Notes under the pieces: generated by a model
The model's input: only the letters and a program-made list of their open reading frames with translations
Database searches by the model: none
What the model was told of the DNA's origin: nothing
Shown here: piece after piece, positions 39,952 to 40,941 of the stretch
Numbering within the stretch: the stretch's first letter is position 1
Layout of the letters: each line of letters starts with the position of its first letter
Source of the DNA: Pseudomonadota bacterium
Lineage (GTDB): Bacteria; Pseudomonadota; Alphaproteobacteria; Rhizobiales; Xanthobacteraceae
Direction of reading: 5' to 3'
Length of the DNA stretch: 40,941 nucleotides
Assembly (NCBI GenBank): GCA_023414975.1
Contig: JAEZMI010000436.1
Span: forward strand, 1 to 40,941
Position numbers and translations under genes: made by a program

Positions 39952-40785
39952 ATGGCGTGCGTGAGAAGGTGGGCGAGCGCGGCGGCGGTGACGCTGACGG
40001 CCCTGCTGACGGTCTTTTGCGGGGCACAGACGACGCGCGCGCAGGAGACCGGATCCACCGTGGTCGATGTCGAACTGGTGCTCGCCGTCGACATTTCCTA
40101 TTCGATGGACCTCGACGAACTCGCGCTCCAGCGCGACGGCTATAGCCGTGCCGTCACCTCGCCGGAATTCCTCAACGCCCTGAAACTCGGCCCCCATGGC
40201 CGCGTCGCCATCGCCTATGTCGAATGGGCGGGGGCGGATGAGCAGAAGCTGGTGGTCGACTGGATGCTGATCGGCAGCCCCGGCGAGGCCCGCGCCTTCG
40301 CCGACGCCATCAGTCGGGCGCCCTTGCGGCGCGTCTACCGCACCTCCATTTCCAGCGCCATGACCTTCGGTGCCGACCTGATGGAGGGCAACGGCATTCG
40401 CGGCCTGCGGCGGGTGATCGACATTTCCGGCGACGGCACCAACAATCAGGGGCCGCTGGTGGATGTCACCCGCGACGCGGTGGTGGCGCGCGGCATCACC
40501 ATTAACGGCCTGCCGCTGATGCTGAAGGAGTCTGGCGGCTCGCTGCTCGATATCGGCGACCTCGACATCTATTACGAGGACTGCGTGATCGGCGGGCCGG
40601 GGGCTTTTGTCATTCCCGTGCGCGGCACGCACGAATTCGCCGACGCCATCAAGACCAAGCTGGTGCTGGAAATCGCCGGCGTCCGCCCGCCCCCCGCGCC
40701 GCTTGTGCGGCACGCCTCCGCCGCCGAGCCGCGCGTGTCCTGCTCCATCGGCGAGCGCATGTGGATGGAGCGCTGGGGCAATTGA
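39952..40785 (+). CDS. DUF1194-like (vWA-fold) exported protein
   Basis: Signal peptide; VDVELVLAVDISYSMD (MIDAS-like DxSxS), RRVIDISGDG, YYEDCVIGGPGAF, KLVLEIA; GGAGG SD. Confidence 0.85.
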   Translation: MACVRRWASAAAVTLTALLTVFCGAQTTRAQETGSTVVDVELVLAVDISYSMDLDELALQRDGYSRAVTSPEFLNALKLGPHGRVAIAYVEWAGADEQKLVVDWMLIGSPGEARAFADAISRAPLRRVYRTSISSAMTFGADLMEGNGIRGLRRVIDISGDGTNNQGPLVDVTRDAVVARGITINGLPLMLKESGGSLLDIGDLDIYYEDCVIGGPGAFVIPVRGTHEFADAIKTKLVLEIAGVRPPPAPLVRHASAAEPRVSCSIGERMWMERWGN

Positions 40786-40791
40786 CGCCGC

Positions 40792-40941
40792 TCAGCGCCG
40801 GAAAACCCCCACCAGCTCCACATGCGAGGAGTAGAGGAACTGGTCCACCGGGGTGACGCGCTCCAGCCGGTAGCCGCCCTCGGTGAGGATCTGCGCGTCG
40901 CGCGCGAAGGTGGTCGTGTCGCAGGACACGCCGATCACCAG
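40792..40941 (-). CDS. C-terminal 49 aa of a TrmA/RlmD-family m5U RNA methyltransferase (start outside the window)
   Basis: Translated by hand: [19 protein letters not shown]...[13 protein letters not shown]; catalytic SC..T.ARD and HVE motifs. Confidence 0.85.
   Translation of the reverse strand: MVIGVSCDTTTFARDAQILTEGGYRLERVTPVDQFLYSSHVELVGVFRR

Overview
GC-rich chromosomal segment from a Hyphomicrobiales alphaproteobacterium (Xanthobacteraceae/Ancylobacter-like by gene style; inference), with no mobile element, CRISPR array, tRNA or rRNA visible. Content in order: nudC (partial)-HIT, pip, SRP RNA ffs-dnaX-ybaB, an LplT-Aas fusion with a coupled TetR, a complete cbb3 oxidase locus fixNOQP-fixGHIS under an FNR/FixK box, msrA, cysG, hisZG, hisS, a two-gene phosphonate module (FAD oxidoreductase + phnX), a membrane-anchored TPR regulator-like protein, an omega-amino acid transaminase, hrpB, an orphan Flp-like pilin, a CorC/HlyC protein, aroC, ribB, a DUF1194-like gene and the end of a TrmA/RlmD methyltransferase. 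Best leads: (1) RibB carries an N-terminal Cro/YdaS-like HTH and a degenerate RibA domain, and is preceded by a perfect 19-bp palindrome, a second degenerate copy covering the -35, and an apparently leaderless promoter, suggesting a self-regulating repressor-enzyme for riboflavin synthesis; (2) a CcoA/CalT-type copper-importer MFS (MxxxM, HxxxM) is translationally coupled to fixS; (3) a TetR-type operator overlaps the aas promoter; (4) a perfect 15-bp hairpin overlaps the ribosome-binding site of an uncharacterised secreted protein. All family calls come from motif recognition by eye; no searches were run.
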